Source: a virus
Length of the DNA stretch: 64,000 nucleotides
Direction: 5' to 3' (one strand)
Virus record (IMG/VR): IMGVR_UViG_3300036852_000742
Span: 1 to 64,000 of that record
Positions 27,898 through 37,004 of this stretch are shown piece by piece. Each line of letters opens with the position of its first letter. Within the stretch, counting starts at the first letter, position 1. The translations under genes were made by a program, and so were the position numbers. The notes beneath the pieces were generated by a model. That model was not told the DNA's origin. It saw nothing but the letters and a program-made list of their open reading frames with translations, and did no database searches.

Positions 27898-28395
27898 TTA
27901 ACTCTCTACATTACCCGCTACTGGTGGGCGGGGCAATACGCCGTCGGTGGTGAGCCACCCCAACCGACCCCGATACAGCACCGGCCAATCCGCCGGCACC
28001 TGCCACTCCTCCAACTGCCAACCCACCCCCGGGGCTTTGGCCTGCGCCGGATTGGCATGGCACCACGTGTGACACGCCCGGCAGGCGTGCAGCACGTTGA
28101 CCAACTGGTTGTTCAGCTCTTTCGCCGCCCCGTGCCGCCCGCCGTCCTTGCGGCCCTTGCGGTGCGCCGGGTCAACCGCCCGCTCCGTGCATCCATCCCG
28201 CGCGATCTCACACCGGCCGCCGGACCGGGCTGCCAGCCCCCGCATCGCCACCGCCGGCAACGCCGCCTGCACCCGATGCCGCTTGACCGTCCGCGCCGCC
28301 CGCAACGCCACCGTCCGGACCAGCCCGCCCGTACGCGCCAGCGGTTTCCCCGCCGCGAGCGGACCTCCGCGCTTCAACGGCCCGCCCCGCTTCAC
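27898..28395 (-). CDS. HNH endonuclease-like protein
   Basis: RSGGRCE...C......AHRKGR..GG...NVLHACRACHTWCH. Confidence 0.75.
   Translation of the reverse strand: MKRGGPLKRGGPLAAGKPLARTGGLVRTVALRAARTVKRHRVQAALPAVAMRGLAARSGGRCEIARDGCTERAVDPAHRKGRKDGGRHGAAKELNNQLVNVLHACRACHTWCHANPAQAKAPGVGWQLEEWQVPADWPVLYRGRLGWLTTDGVLPRPPVAGNVES
27908..27936 (-). promoter_or_regulatory. Repeated phage promoter/operator copy 9
   Basis: TTGCCC-17 bp-TAATGT. Confidence 0.85.
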
Positions 28396-28721
28396 CGGTG
28401 ATCGCCGTACATGCGGCCCACACCGGGGTACAGGCAGTGGACCGACACCGGTGCTGCTGGCGCCTCGGGGAAACCGAGACGCCGCACGGTCACCATCTCG
28501 CCCTCGACGGCCAGCACCACGTACTCCCATTGCGGGCCGTCGATGAACCTGACCACGTCCCTCGGGCGCGGGTCGAACGACACGAACACCTTCGCCAAAC
28601 ACTTCGGGCAGTGGTACACCCAGTCGCAGCTATCAGCACCGTGCCCGCCCATTGACCGTGAGTCGTGCCCGAGGAACTGGCCGTTGCACATGCCGCACAT
28701 GCGCCAGAGGGCGCTAGCCAC
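28392..28721 (-). CDS. Hypothetical Zn-ribbon protein
   Basis: CGMC...CPKC; overlaps both neighbours. Confidence 0.6.
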   Translation of the reverse strand: MASALWRMCGMCNGQFLGHDSRSMGGHGADSCDWVYHCPKCLAKVFVSFDPRPRDVVRFIDGPQWEYVVLAVEGEMVTVRRLGFPEAPAAPVSVHCLYPGVGRMYGDHR

Positions 28722-29376
28722 GGGGCACCTCCACCAGCGGGACGGCGGGCGGGGCCGGGAGGTCAGCCGGCCACAGCACCGTCACACCGATCCCCCGAAC
28801 GACGATCACGTCCATGACCAGGGCCAGCGCCGTAAAGGTGCCGTCCTCGTCCCGGGCCTGGTTGGTGGCCCAGTACTCGACGGCCCGGGTGGCAACCCGG
28901 GCCACGGACGCAGCTTCACGGGGCGACAGGGCCACCGCAGACCGGTCCTCTGTGGCGGCGGCCCGGCGAATGACCTGCCTGGCCGCGATCACATCCCGGG
29001 TTGCCCGGACAACCACAGTCCTGGACGTGGTGGAGTTGACGGGCCGGTCGGCGGCCAACTCCGTGACCAGGTCACACGCGGCGATCAGAGCCTGCCCGGC
29101 GACCGGCCACAGGGCCCGCCCGACCCGGTCACCCAGGTGCAGCATGACCGGCCCGGGGCAGTCGGGGAGCTTCCCCAACCCGGGATGGTTGTTGCCGCCG
29201 GTGCCGTTCGGGTAGGTCCACCGCTGCCACCACGCACCCCGGTCACCCTGCACGTTCTCCACGTCGATCCCGCAGTACAGGCAGTCCCGCCAGTGGTCGC
29301 GGTCCTTATGCCACGAGTGACGGCGCAGGGCCGGGTTGTACACCGTCACGCGCCGGTTGGGGTTGGTGCGCTTCAC
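28714..29376 (-). CDS. Hypothetical protein
   Basis: GTGA overlap. Confidence 0.55.
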   Translation of the reverse strand: MKRTNPNRRVTVYNPALRRHSWHKDRDHWRDCLYCGIDVENVQGDRGAWWQRWTYPNGTGGNNHPGLGKLPDCPGPVMLHLGDRVGRALWPVAGQALIAACDLVTELAADRPVNSTTSRTVVVRATRDVIAARQVIRRAAATEDRSAVALSPREAASVARVATRAVEYWATNQARDEDGTFTALALVMDVIVVRGIGVTVLWPADLPAPPAVPLVEVPRG

Positions 29377-29573
29377 GGCGGCGGCCCCGGCCTGCGGGGC
29401 TTCGCTGCTGGCACCTCGGCGGGCCACGCGGTCACCACCGCCCGGCCGACCTTGCCCAACGTGGCGTTGAGGGCCCACGCCACGGCGACCACCACCGCCC
29501 CGGCCAGGCGCTCAACCACAGGTTCGGTCCAGGTGGCCCCAACCCGCCGCAACGACACCCTGTGCCCGGTCAT
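29373..29573 (-). CDS. Small hypothetical membrane protein
   Basis: ATGA overlap; hydrophobic helix. Confidence 0.45.
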   Translation of the reverse strand: MTGHRVSLRRVGATWTEPVVERLAGAVVVAVAWALNATLGKVGRAVVTAWPAEVPAAKPRRPGPPP

Positions 29574-30010
29574 GACGGCACCGGCAGGTGTGTCACCACA
29601 GGCCAGTCGACGACTGTGTAGCTGTCCACGACCCGGCCCGCGTCCGGACCAACAACCCGGCTGCACCCCGCGTAGATGCACCACACCTCGTCCGTGGGGG
29701 AGGTCGGGGTCCGGTCGTCCCACGTCTCGCCGCACACCGCCATCGCCAAGCCGTCCGGGGATCGCCGGACCTGCCCGAGCAGCGGGGTCCACATCGGACC
29801 GAGCCCGTCGATGACCGTGCACAGCCGGCACCGGTCGGGCTCGTCGGCGGCGGTGTTGAGCCGGTCGACAAACACGTAGCCGTGCGGGGGCATGTGGCAC
29901 ACCAGCTCCACGACGCTGTCGTTCTGCGTGACGGCGCGTACCCGGTGCTGGCGGCCCCATCCCGTCGGCGTCCACAACCCCGGCGCCAACCCGACCTGCC
30001 CGGCGCTCAT
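29570..30010 (-). CDS. Hypothetical protein
   Basis: ATGA overlap. Confidence 0.55.
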   Translation of the reverse strand: MSAGQVGLAPGLWTPTGWGRQHRVRAVTQNDSVVELVCHMPPHGYVFVDRLNTAADEPDRCRLCTVIDGLGPMWTPLLGQVRRSPDGLAMAVCGETWDDRTPTSPTDEVWCIYAGCSRVVGPDAGRVVDSYTVVDWPVVTHLPVPS

Positions 30011-30243
30011 CGGGGACCACCGCCCTCGTCCCGCCCGCCACGGTGAGCAGGGCAGAAATCTGGGGCGGAACGGCTCCCCTTCCCTTTGAACGGGCGGGTC
30101 AGCCAGCCGGCCTTCTGGGCAGCCAAGCGGGCGTTGTTCTCGGAGAGCTTGTCCCACCGTCCGCCACCACGGAAGGTCGTGGCGCACCCGTACCGGTCGC
30201 AATGCACTTCCCATACCGGGTCCACGACCCGTCGGGCGCTCAT
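30007..30243 (-). CDS. Small Zn-binding hypothetical protein
   Basis: VHCDRYGC...AQKAGW...DFCPAH. Confidence 0.65.
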   Translation of the reverse strand: MSARRVVDPVWEVHCDRYGCATTFRGGGRWDKLSENNARLAAQKAGWLTRPFKGKGSRSAPDFCPAHRGGRDEGGGPR

Positions 30244-31730
30244 CGGGGGCCGCCTGTCGGCCACGCCGCGAACCAGATGTGGGTCGGGTACTCGTGTTCA
30301 GCCCCGTCGTCCAGGCGGATGGTCACCCAGTCGCCGCGCTCGCCGCGCCTGTCCACGGGGGAGCAGTACGCGACCGGGCCGGCGAAGTTTCGGATGAGGT
30401 GCCGACCGTTGAAGCCCCGGTCCCAGACGCCTTTGACGATGTCACCTACCTCGATCCGGTCGACCCGGATGTCTTCGGGGTCACCGGGTGGGAACTCCCA
30501 CGCGGGGGTGCCGACGACCGGGGTCAGCGACGCGGCGATGTCCGGGACCGGTTCGCCGGCCTCAAGCCGGTCGTACACGTCCAGGTAGGCGGCGCTCAGC
30601 GCCCGGGTCGCGGCAACGTCGGCGCCGGGGGCGGGTTGGCGTACCGCTACCTCAACGTCGGCAGCACCCAGGTCAAGCCCATGTACCAGTCGCTGCGCCC
30701 ATTCGACGTGCCTGGCGAGCTGGCGTGACGCGTCGTCGTACCGGCCGCCGGTGCGCCTCCACAGTTGCTGCCAGCGGTCAACCTTGGAGGCGAGCGCCGC
30801 CGACCATGGGGTGCTGGCCGGGGTGTCCCACTGCATCCCGTCCCGGCGCCGGCCGGTGACCCCGTCGTACTTGACGGTCTTCGGCCAACTGCTGCTGGCC
30901 AGGGAGACACTCTTCGGGTTGATCCGGGTGACCTTGTACCAGCCGTGCCCCCCGACCCGAGCCCAGTCACCTTTGGCGAAGTCTTCCGGCGCCCCAGCAA
31001 CGAACTCACCGGACGCGGCCAGCTCTTCGAGCACCTTCCGCCAGTGGCGGATCTCTTCTGCGAGCCGGTCGACCTCGCGTTGCGACTTCTCTCCGGTTCC
31101 GCCGCTGGTCAGGGAGTCATCCCGGCGCCGCTCCCACTGCCGCACCTCGGCCGACAAGGTGTCGATCCGGCGCATCGTGACCCTCGGGTTGTGCCGGGCC
31201 TTCTGGTTGGCTGCTACACCGTCGGCCCGGTCGGCGAGGTCCCGGGCGTAGCGGCGTTCGTCGGCGGCGTGCTCCTGGCTGCGGCTGGCCCGCTCCCGAC
31301 GGTTCCGGTCAGCCGGGTAGGAGTAATGGTCGACTAGCAACGGCTGCCCGAACGGGATCGAGTCGTGGACCCGGTCGGCGGCGGCCTGGTGGCCGGCGGC
31401 GCGGGTAGCGGCGAGGCCTGCGCGTTCGTCGAGCCGGTCGGCGCGGACCTCAGCCCGGTCGGTCCGGGCAGCCTCCCGTACGGCGGTGGGCCGCCACCGG
31501 TTGTCGATCTGGACGGTGACCACGTGGTCGGCGTCGCGCAGCGCCTGCGCAGCGCGATCGGTCTTCTCCTGCTGGCCGTCCTTGTCGCGGCTGTTTTTGA
31601 TGTAGATGCCGACGGTACGACCCCACGTGAAGCCGTGCCGGCTGACGATCTCCAACACGCCGTCGCCCTTGTGGGAGCCAGTTAACAGGGTCCCGTCGGC
31701 GTGGGTGTGGCTGATAAGGATTGCGGTCAT
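30240..31730 (-). CDS. DUF3560-domain protein
   Basis: RAEVRADRL...IPFGQPLLVDHYS..DR signature; AAGGAG RBS. Confidence 0.85.
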   Translation of the reverse strand: MTAILISHTHADGTLLTGSHKGDGVLEIVSRHGFTWGRTVGIYIKNSRDKDGQQEKTDRAAQALRDADHVVTVQIDNRWRPTAVREAARTDRAEVRADRLDERAGLAATRAAGHQAAADRVHDSIPFGQPLLVDHYSYPADRNRRERASRSQEHAADERRYARDLADRADGVAANQKARHNPRVTMRRIDTLSAEVRQWERRRDDSLTSGGTGEKSQREVDRLAEEIRHWRKVLEELAASGEFVAGAPEDFAKGDWARVGGHGWYKVTRINPKSVSLASSSWPKTVKYDGVTGRRRDGMQWDTPASTPWSAALASKVDRWQQLWRRTGGRYDDASRQLARHVEWAQRLVHGLDLGAADVEVAVRQPAPGADVAATRALSAAYLDVYDRLEAGEPVPDIAASLTPVVGTPAWEFPPGDPEDIRVDRIEVGDIVKGVWDRGFNGRHLIRNFAGPVAYCSPVDRRGERGDWVTIRLDDGAEHEYPTHIWFAAWPTGGPR

Positions 31731-32197
31731 CGTGGTGCTCCTTGGGGAACGGTGAGCAGGATGGCCAGCGCCGCATGGGCGGCGGCGACCCGGATGGTGC
31801 TGTGCGCGGCGTCGCGGCGGCGGTGCTCTTCGCGTTCGGCGGCGCTCACCGAGTGACCGAAGACGACCATCCCGCCGATGCCGCCCCCGTCGGTGACCAC
31901 GCGGTGTGCGATACCGACCAGGTCGGCATGCGCAGCAGGTGTGCCGATCCACCGGCGGGCCTGGGGCAAGCTCGCGAACTGGACCTCCAGCTCGGGCAGG
32001 AGCGCGGCCAACTCGACGAGCGGCAGGTAGATCGCCCCCCACGGTGTGCCGGGGGTTTCGAGGCGTTCCACGGCCCATTGCCCGTCCGTCGACTGGGCTG
32101 CCCACACCTCCGGGCGGGTGCGCCCGGAGGTGGGGCCGCCGAGGAACGTGACCCGGCTGCTGGTGGTGACACCCGTCACCGGGGTCACGCCGTTCAC
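31727..32197 (-). CDS. Hypothetical protein
   Basis: GTGA and ATGA overlaps. Confidence 0.55.
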   Translation of the reverse strand: MNGVTPVTGVTTSSRVTFLGGPTSGRTRPEVWAAQSTDGQWAVERLETPGTPWGAIYLPLVELAALLPELEVQFASLPQARRWIGTPAAHADLVGIAHRVVTDGGGIGGMVVFGHSVSAAEREEHRRRDAAHSTIRVAAAHAALAILLTVPQGAPR

Positions 32198-32505
32198 AGC
32201 GCGTCCTCTTCTTGGCAGCAGCCGCAGCAGAACCGGTGCCCGGTGTTGCACGGGCCAACACCCAGTTGGTGCGGTTCGTGGCAGTGCTGGTGGTCGCAGT
32301 CGACCGGCTCCGGGTCGGCGCAGGTTTTGTGGGGCTGGAGCGCCCGGCATTGCTGGTCGGTGGGGGTGTCGGCGCATTCGGCGCAGGCGTCGGCGTGGAC
32401 CCATCGGCCGGCGGTGTAGGCGAGGAGCCCACCGCAGGTGCACTGGGCGATGGCGGTGCGCAGTGCGGGTTGGGTGGTGACAAGGGTCAGGGCCGGTGCG
32501 GGCAT
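32194..32505 (-). CDS. Cys/His-rich hypothetical protein
   Basis: First gene after promoter copy 10. Confidence 0.65.
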   Translation of the reverse strand: MPAPALTLVTTQPALRTAIAQCTCGGLLAYTAGRWVHADACAECADTPTDQQCRALQPHKTCADPEPVDCDHQHCHEPHQLGVGPCNTGHRFCCGCCQEEDAL

Positions 32506-32560
32506 GGTCGGGTTTCCGTCTCTGTGTGGGTGGGGGTTTCCAGCTCCCCTTCCGGTGTCC

Positions 32561-32589
32561 ATATTACCCGACGTGGTAGCGCGGGGCAA
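32561..32589 (-). promoter_or_regulatory. Repeated phage promoter copy 10 (leftward of divergent pair)
   Basis: TTGCCC-17 bp-TAATAT. Confidence 0.85.
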
Positions 32590-32606
32590 TATCTGGGGTC
32601 GACGTA

Positions 32607-32635
32607 TTGCCCCGCGCTAGGGCATGGGGTAGCAT
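32607..32635 (+). promoter_or_regulatory. Repeated phage promoter copy 11 (rightward of divergent pair)
   Basis: TTGCCC-17 bp-TAGCAT. Confidence 0.85.
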
Positions 32636-32685
32636 AGTGGTTGTGAGGGGAGCTGGAACCCCTCCAACTGAGACGGAGAACCGCC

Positions 32686-33186
32686 ATGGCCACCACGAAG
32701 ACCGGACGTAAGACCCCCCGTCGGCGGTCCACTCAGGAGCGCCACGACGAGTACGTACACCTCACCGCGCTCGTCGAGCAGTTCGACCTCGCCGGGGACA
32801 CGGACGGTGCGCTCGCAGCTCGCTTCGCCCACTTCTGCACCATCTACAGCGAGCGCAACGCAATCCTGATCCTGGCCCAGAAGCCGGACGCGATCGAGGT
32901 CCACGGCTACGTCGACTGGCAGAAGCTGGGCCGGCAGGTGCGCCACGGCCAGACCGGAATCCGCATCATCGCCTACACGGGCTCCCGTCCGAACAAAGGC
33001 AAAGGCGACCTCAGCGAGACAGACCCTGCTGTGATCGACCCGACCACGGGAAAGCCCACCCGTCGCGACTTCAACCCGGTGTCCGTCTTTGACATCACCC
33101 AGACCGACCCGATGGGGCAAGACGCCGAAGCGCTCGCCGCCGTGGCCCGGTTCGAGGCCAACCAGGCAGCCAAGGCCGCGTCATGA
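32686..33186 (+). CDS. ArdC-like ssDNA-binding N-terminal domain protein
   Basis: YSERNAILILAQKPDA..V.GY..WQKLGRQVRHGQTGIRI...VFDITQT. Confidence 0.85.
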   Translation: MATTKTGRKTPRRRSTQERHDEYVHLTALVEQFDLAGDTDGALAARFAHFCTIYSERNAILILAQKPDAIEVHGYVDWQKLGRQVRHGQTGIRIIAYTGSRPNKGKGDLSETDPAVIDPTTGKPTRRDFNPVSVFDITQTDPMGQDAEALAAVARFEANQAAKAAS

Positions 33187-33581
33187 CCGTGCGGACTGGG
33201 TCGGCGTACAAGGCGTGGACGCCCCGGCAGGCCGGCTACGACCTGCCGGCCACGGTCGTCACCACCAGCCACGGCGACGGGGGCTTTACTCAGCACTACG
33301 TGCCCACTCGCCACGGCGCCGTCTGCCGGACGTGGACCGCCCCATCCATGACCGAGGTGGCCCTGTGCCGCACCAGCAACACCGGCGCGACGTTCCAGGG
33401 CGAGGTCAAACACTTCTCGTACGGCGGTTGGATCGCCTACGACCACAACGGCCAGCAGGTCTGCGACCCGTTCGCCGACTACCTCGACGCCGAGGCGACC
33501 CTGTTGCGCTTGCGCGGCGGACGCCGCTGCCAGGCCACCTACCGCTGGAACGTTCTCCCCGTTAGGAGCACCCGGTCATGA
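33183..33581 (+). CDS. Hypothetical protein
   Basis: ATGA overlaps on both sides. Confidence 0.65.
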   Translation: MTVRTGSAYKAWTPRQAGYDLPATVVTTSHGDGGFTQHYVPTRHGAVCRTWTAPSMTEVALCRTSNTGATFQGEVKHFSYGGWIAYDHNGQQVCDPFADYLDAEATLLRLRGGRRCQATYRWNVLPVRSTRS

Positions 33582-34228
33582 ATCTGAACCTGCGAGAGCT
33601 GATGACGGTCGACGTCCCAGCGGGTGACGTGCGGGGGTTGCGGGTGGAGCGGTTCACCGTGGACAGCACTTCACCCGGTCATCTGCGCGAGGTGCTGCGC
33701 GGACGGGGAACCCGACCGGGTACGTACACCCGGCTGCTCGCCGGGCACCGGCTGTGGATGACCGACACCGACGCCGAGCGGCAGGATCACATGCCGGCTG
33801 CGCGCCGCATCGCCCAGACCGGCACCCGCCGGGTACTGATCAACGGCCTCGGGTTGGGCATGGTGCTGCGCGTCGCCCTCGCCATGGACCACGTCGAGCA
33901 CGTTGACGTGGTCGAGATCGACGACCGGGTGATCGAGCTGGTCGGGGCGCACTACACCGACCCCCGGCTGACCCTGCACCACGCCGACGCCTACGACCAG
34001 GCCCGCCGCTGGCCGGCCGGCTCCCGCTGGGACGTGGTCTGGCACGACATCTGGCCGGACCTGTGCACCGACAACCTGGACGGGATGGCCCGGCTGCACC
34101 GCTCCTACGGCCGCCGCGCCGGGTGGCAGGGCTCCTGGGGCAAAACCCTCCTGGAGGGCAAAGCTCGCGCTGACCGCAAGCAGGACCGGGAATGGGCGCG
34201 TGCACGGGCGTGGGTGGCGTCGCGATGA
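33578..34228 (+). CDS. Class I SAM-dependent methyltransferase-like protein (spermidine-synthase-like motif)
   Basis: VLINGLGLGMV, VDVVEID, HADAY, WDVVWHDIW. Confidence 0.8.
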   Translation: MNLNLRELMTVDVPAGDVRGLRVERFTVDSTSPGHLREVLRGRGTRPGTYTRLLAGHRLWMTDTDAERQDHMPAARRIAQTGTRRVLINGLGLGMVLRVALAMDHVEHVDVVEIDDRVIELVGAHYTDPRLTLHHADAYDQARRWPAGSRWDVVWHDIWPDLCTDNLDGMARLHRSYGRRAGWQGSWGKTLLEGKARADRKQDREWARARAWVASR

Positions 34229-34872
34229 ACACCCGGCCGCGTGACTCGCAACGCTCCCGCCTGTACAAAGCGGAGCATGTCCTGCTCATGTACGGGGAGA
34301 ACGCGTTCGGCAGCAACACCGACACCCAACGGTGGGTGGACCGGGTACTCGGGGAGCGCTGGTTCCGGTCCCGCTGGCAACTCCCCACCCTTCCGGTGAC
34401 TCCCGGTCGGGGCGGCACCGCCACCTCATGGGGCGGGCGGATCACCGTCGGGCCCACGGCACGCAACCCGGGCATCGTCCTCCACGAGATCGCCCACGAG
34501 ATCATCCGCGTGACCCCTCGCGGCCCATACGCCTCCCACGGCCCTGAGTTCGCATCGGTGCTGTTGTTCCTGGTGCGGCAGGTGATGGGCCCCGCCCAGG
34601 CCAACGAGCTGCGGTTGGCGTTCGTCCGCGAGCGGGTCCGGCACCGTGCCGGCTGGGTGGTCCCAGCACCCCGCTATGACGTACCCACCCAGTCGACGGT
34701 GCAGGCCGCCGCCCGTAGGGAAGCCGCCCGCCCGGTCACACGCGCCGAGGCGCTAGCGGCGGATGACGTCTTGCGCCGGCTGGTCCGGGCCGGCAAGTTC
34801 GGCCCTGCGGGCTCCGCCACCCGCAACCACGCCCTCGAAACCGCCCGCACCCTCACCCGGGAGACGCTATGA
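34225..34872 (+). CDS. HExxH zincin metallohydrolase (SprT/TIGR04338-like)
   Basis: RDSQRSRLYKAE...VLHEIAHE...HGPEFA. Confidence 0.8.
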   Translation: MNTRPRDSQRSRLYKAEHVLLMYGENAFGSNTDTQRWVDRVLGERWFRSRWQLPTLPVTPGRGGTATSWGGRITVGPTARNPGIVLHEIAHEIIRVTPRGPYASHGPEFASVLLFLVRQVMGPAQANELRLAFVRERVRHRAGWVVPAPRYDVPTQSTVQAAARREAARPVTRAEALAADDVLRRLVRAGKFGPAGSATRNHALETARTLTRETL

Positions 34873-35522
34873 CCGACATCATCTTCGCCGAGCCCTCAGG
34901 TGACGTACTTCAACGATGGGACAACGCGGATCGGGTCCCCTCCCAGGGCGACCTGGTGTCGCTGCACGCGGGTGACCGTATGTATGCGGGTCCCGCCGGG
35001 CGGCGGGTCACCTGGCAGGTCCAGGGCCGGGAGTGGTTACACGCCGAAGTGATCCAACTGACCATGGTTGACACCGCTGCCGACACCAAAGCCCGCCGCA
35101 CCGGCGAGGCAGACGTGGGTTGGCTGGCGATCGATTACAACTACAACCTGCCCGCGTTGATCGACTGGGTGCTCAGCGACCCGGAAGCGATCGACATGGG
35201 GTCCTTTAACCGCACATCACCGACGTTCTTCGCCGACCTGGCGGACGTGGTCGCCGCACTCACCGCCGACGGCGGGCTGTGGCGCCTGGCCGACGGTGTT
35301 GAGGGGGTGCGCGTCGTGACGTTGGCCGGCGGTTACGAAGACCTCGACCAGGGCATGGTGCGCGTCGACCTGTCCAACGGGCTGCGCCTGGTGTCCGCCC
35401 CGTTCTCGGCCAGAGAAATGGGCCCCGAGCGGGGCTTCCCAACAACCGTTGGGGCGCTGAAGACGGTGGCGCAACACGCCAACCGGGAGTACTCCCGCTA
35501 CCGAAGGCTGACCCGTTTGTGA
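34869..35522 (+). CDS. Hypothetical protein
   Basis: ATGA overlap. Confidence 0.7.
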   Translation: MTDIIFAEPSGDVLQRWDNADRVPSQGDLVSLHAGDRMYAGPAGRRVTWQVQGREWLHAEVIQLTMVDTAADTKARRTGEADVGWLAIDYNYNLPALIDWVLSDPEAIDMGSFNRTSPTFFADLADVVAALTADGGLWRLADGVEGVRVVTLAGGYEDLDQGMVRVDLSNGLRLVSAPFSAREMGPERGFPTTVGALKTVAQHANREYSRYRRLTRL

Positions 35523-35528
35523 CGTTTC

Positions 35529-35578
35529 GCGGGGTCGCACCCGTGGCTTGGCTTGGCCACCGCCGGGTGCGACCCCGC
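35529..35578 (+). terminator. Hairpin terminator
   Basis: GCGGGGTCGCACCCG/CGGGTGCGACCCCGC directly after the stop codon. Confidence 0.65.
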
Positions 35579-35688
35579 TTAGCGTGCGTTCCCCAAAGAA
35601 CTACGACGCACCAGGAAGGTTACGCCATGTTCTACAGTGATCGCCGCACAGGCGGACCACTCTCGCACCGCACCAGGCCGGTGACCCC

Positions 35689-36126
35689 GTGAACTGGCTC
35701 GGGCCGATCCTGGTCAAAGAGTTCATCCAGACGGTCCTCCTGTGGATCCTGTTCACCCACGTGCAGCAGCAGTTGGCAATGTCCACGGCCCGCCAGATGG
35801 CCCTCGCCGTCGCCGTCGGGGCTGCCGTCGGTGCCGCGCTCGCCGCCGTGAGCCACTGGACCACCCGCCCGATGGTTCACTCCGTGTTGTACCAGTCCCT
35901 CGGCCGGCTCGCCGTGTGGGTAGCCCTCGCCGCGACTGTGGGTGTTGTCCTGTCCCGCAACGTGTGGGCCGGCGGCGCCGGGGTCGCCCTCCTGGTGTGC
36001 GCCGGGGCTGTCCCCGCATGGCGGGTGGCCCGCGCTGGGGCGCACCGGTGGCGACCCGGCCCAACCTCAGGCCCGTGGCTGCGCGCCCAGGTTGTCACCC
36101 AGTCGAAACTGGGGCAGTCCCCTTGA
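35689..36126 (+). CDS. Multi-pass membrane protein
   Basis: Several hydrophobic helices; 1-nt overlap with the next gene. Confidence 0.55.
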   Translation: MNWLGPILVKEFIQTVLLWILFTHVQQQLAMSTARQMALAVAVGAAVGAALAAVSHWTTRPMVHSVLYQSLGRLAVWVALAATVGVVLSRNVWAGGAGVALLVCAGAVPAWRVARAGAHRWRPGPTSGPWLRAQVVTQSKLGQSP

Positions 36127-37004
36127 TGGGGCCCTCCCACGCGATCAGCGGCGGCGCGGTGTGGTTGGCCGGCTGCGCCGCCGCGACCACCACCCTTGGG
36201 GCTGACCTGTCGTGGCAGGCGGTGGTGGTCGGGGCGGTGGTGTGCGCCGGGTGGGCGCTCGCCTCCGACCTTGACCACCCTGATTCCACCGTCGCCAACT
36301 ATGCCGGGCCGGTTTCAAGGCTGGCTGCGCACGGCATCGCCTGGGCAGGGGTGCGCATCCACGCCGCTACCCGCACCCGCTGGGACCGCCCAGACGAAGA
36401 TGGTCACCGGACCTTCAGCCACACCGCCGTGTACGCCGTTGTGATGGGTGTCGCGGCGGCGGCCGGTGGGCGCTACGGCGGGCCGTGGGTCGCGGCCGTC
36501 CTGGTGGCCCTCGCCGCCGACCTGGCCGGCGACGCGGCCCTGCCCGGCCGCTGGTGGGACATCCCGATCAAAACCGGTTTCAGAATCCGGTTCATGCGCC
36601 GCCCGTGGGCCAAAGGCCTGTTCGGGCGCACCGGGCAACGGTGGGCCCGCAACTGCCGCCGGGTGAACATCCCCACCTCAACCCTGCTCGCCGCCGCACT
36701 CGGATGGGCCGCGTACCAGCTCACCCCCGCCGACGCGTGGTGGCTGGGGCTCGCAGTCGGTACCGGGGTACTCGTGCACTGCGCGGGTGACATGCTCACC
36801 GACTCCGCGTGCCCGGTCGCGTGGCCGCTGCCCTTGGGCCCTCCCGGCCAGCGGCGGCGCTGGTACCCGCTCGGCCCGCCCCGCTGGATGCGCTTCCACA
36901 CCGACGGCCTTGTCGAGCGCTGGCTGGTCCGCCCCGCCCTCGTAGCGGGCGCCGCCGCGTCCACCACTGTCCTGCTGTTCCCGCTGATACAGGAGAAAAC
37001 CTGA
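36126..37004 (+). CDS. YdjM-like membrane-bound metal-dependent hydrolase
   Basis: MGPSHAISG, DLDHPDS, HRTFSHT, HCAGDMLT. Confidence 0.85.
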   Translation: MGPSHAISGGAVWLAGCAAATTTLGADLSWQAVVVGAVVCAGWALASDLDHPDSTVANYAGPVSRLAAHGIAWAGVRIHAATRTRWDRPDEDGHRTFSHTAVYAVVMGVAAAAGGRYGGPWVAAVLVALAADLAGDAALPGRWWDIPIKTGFRIRFMRRPWAKGLFGRTGQRWARNCRRVNIPTSTLLAAALGWAAYQLTPADAWWLGLAVGTGVLVHCAGDMLTDSACPVAWPLPLGPPGQRRRWYPLGPPRWMRFHTDGLVERWLVRPALVAGAAASTTVLLFPLIQEKT

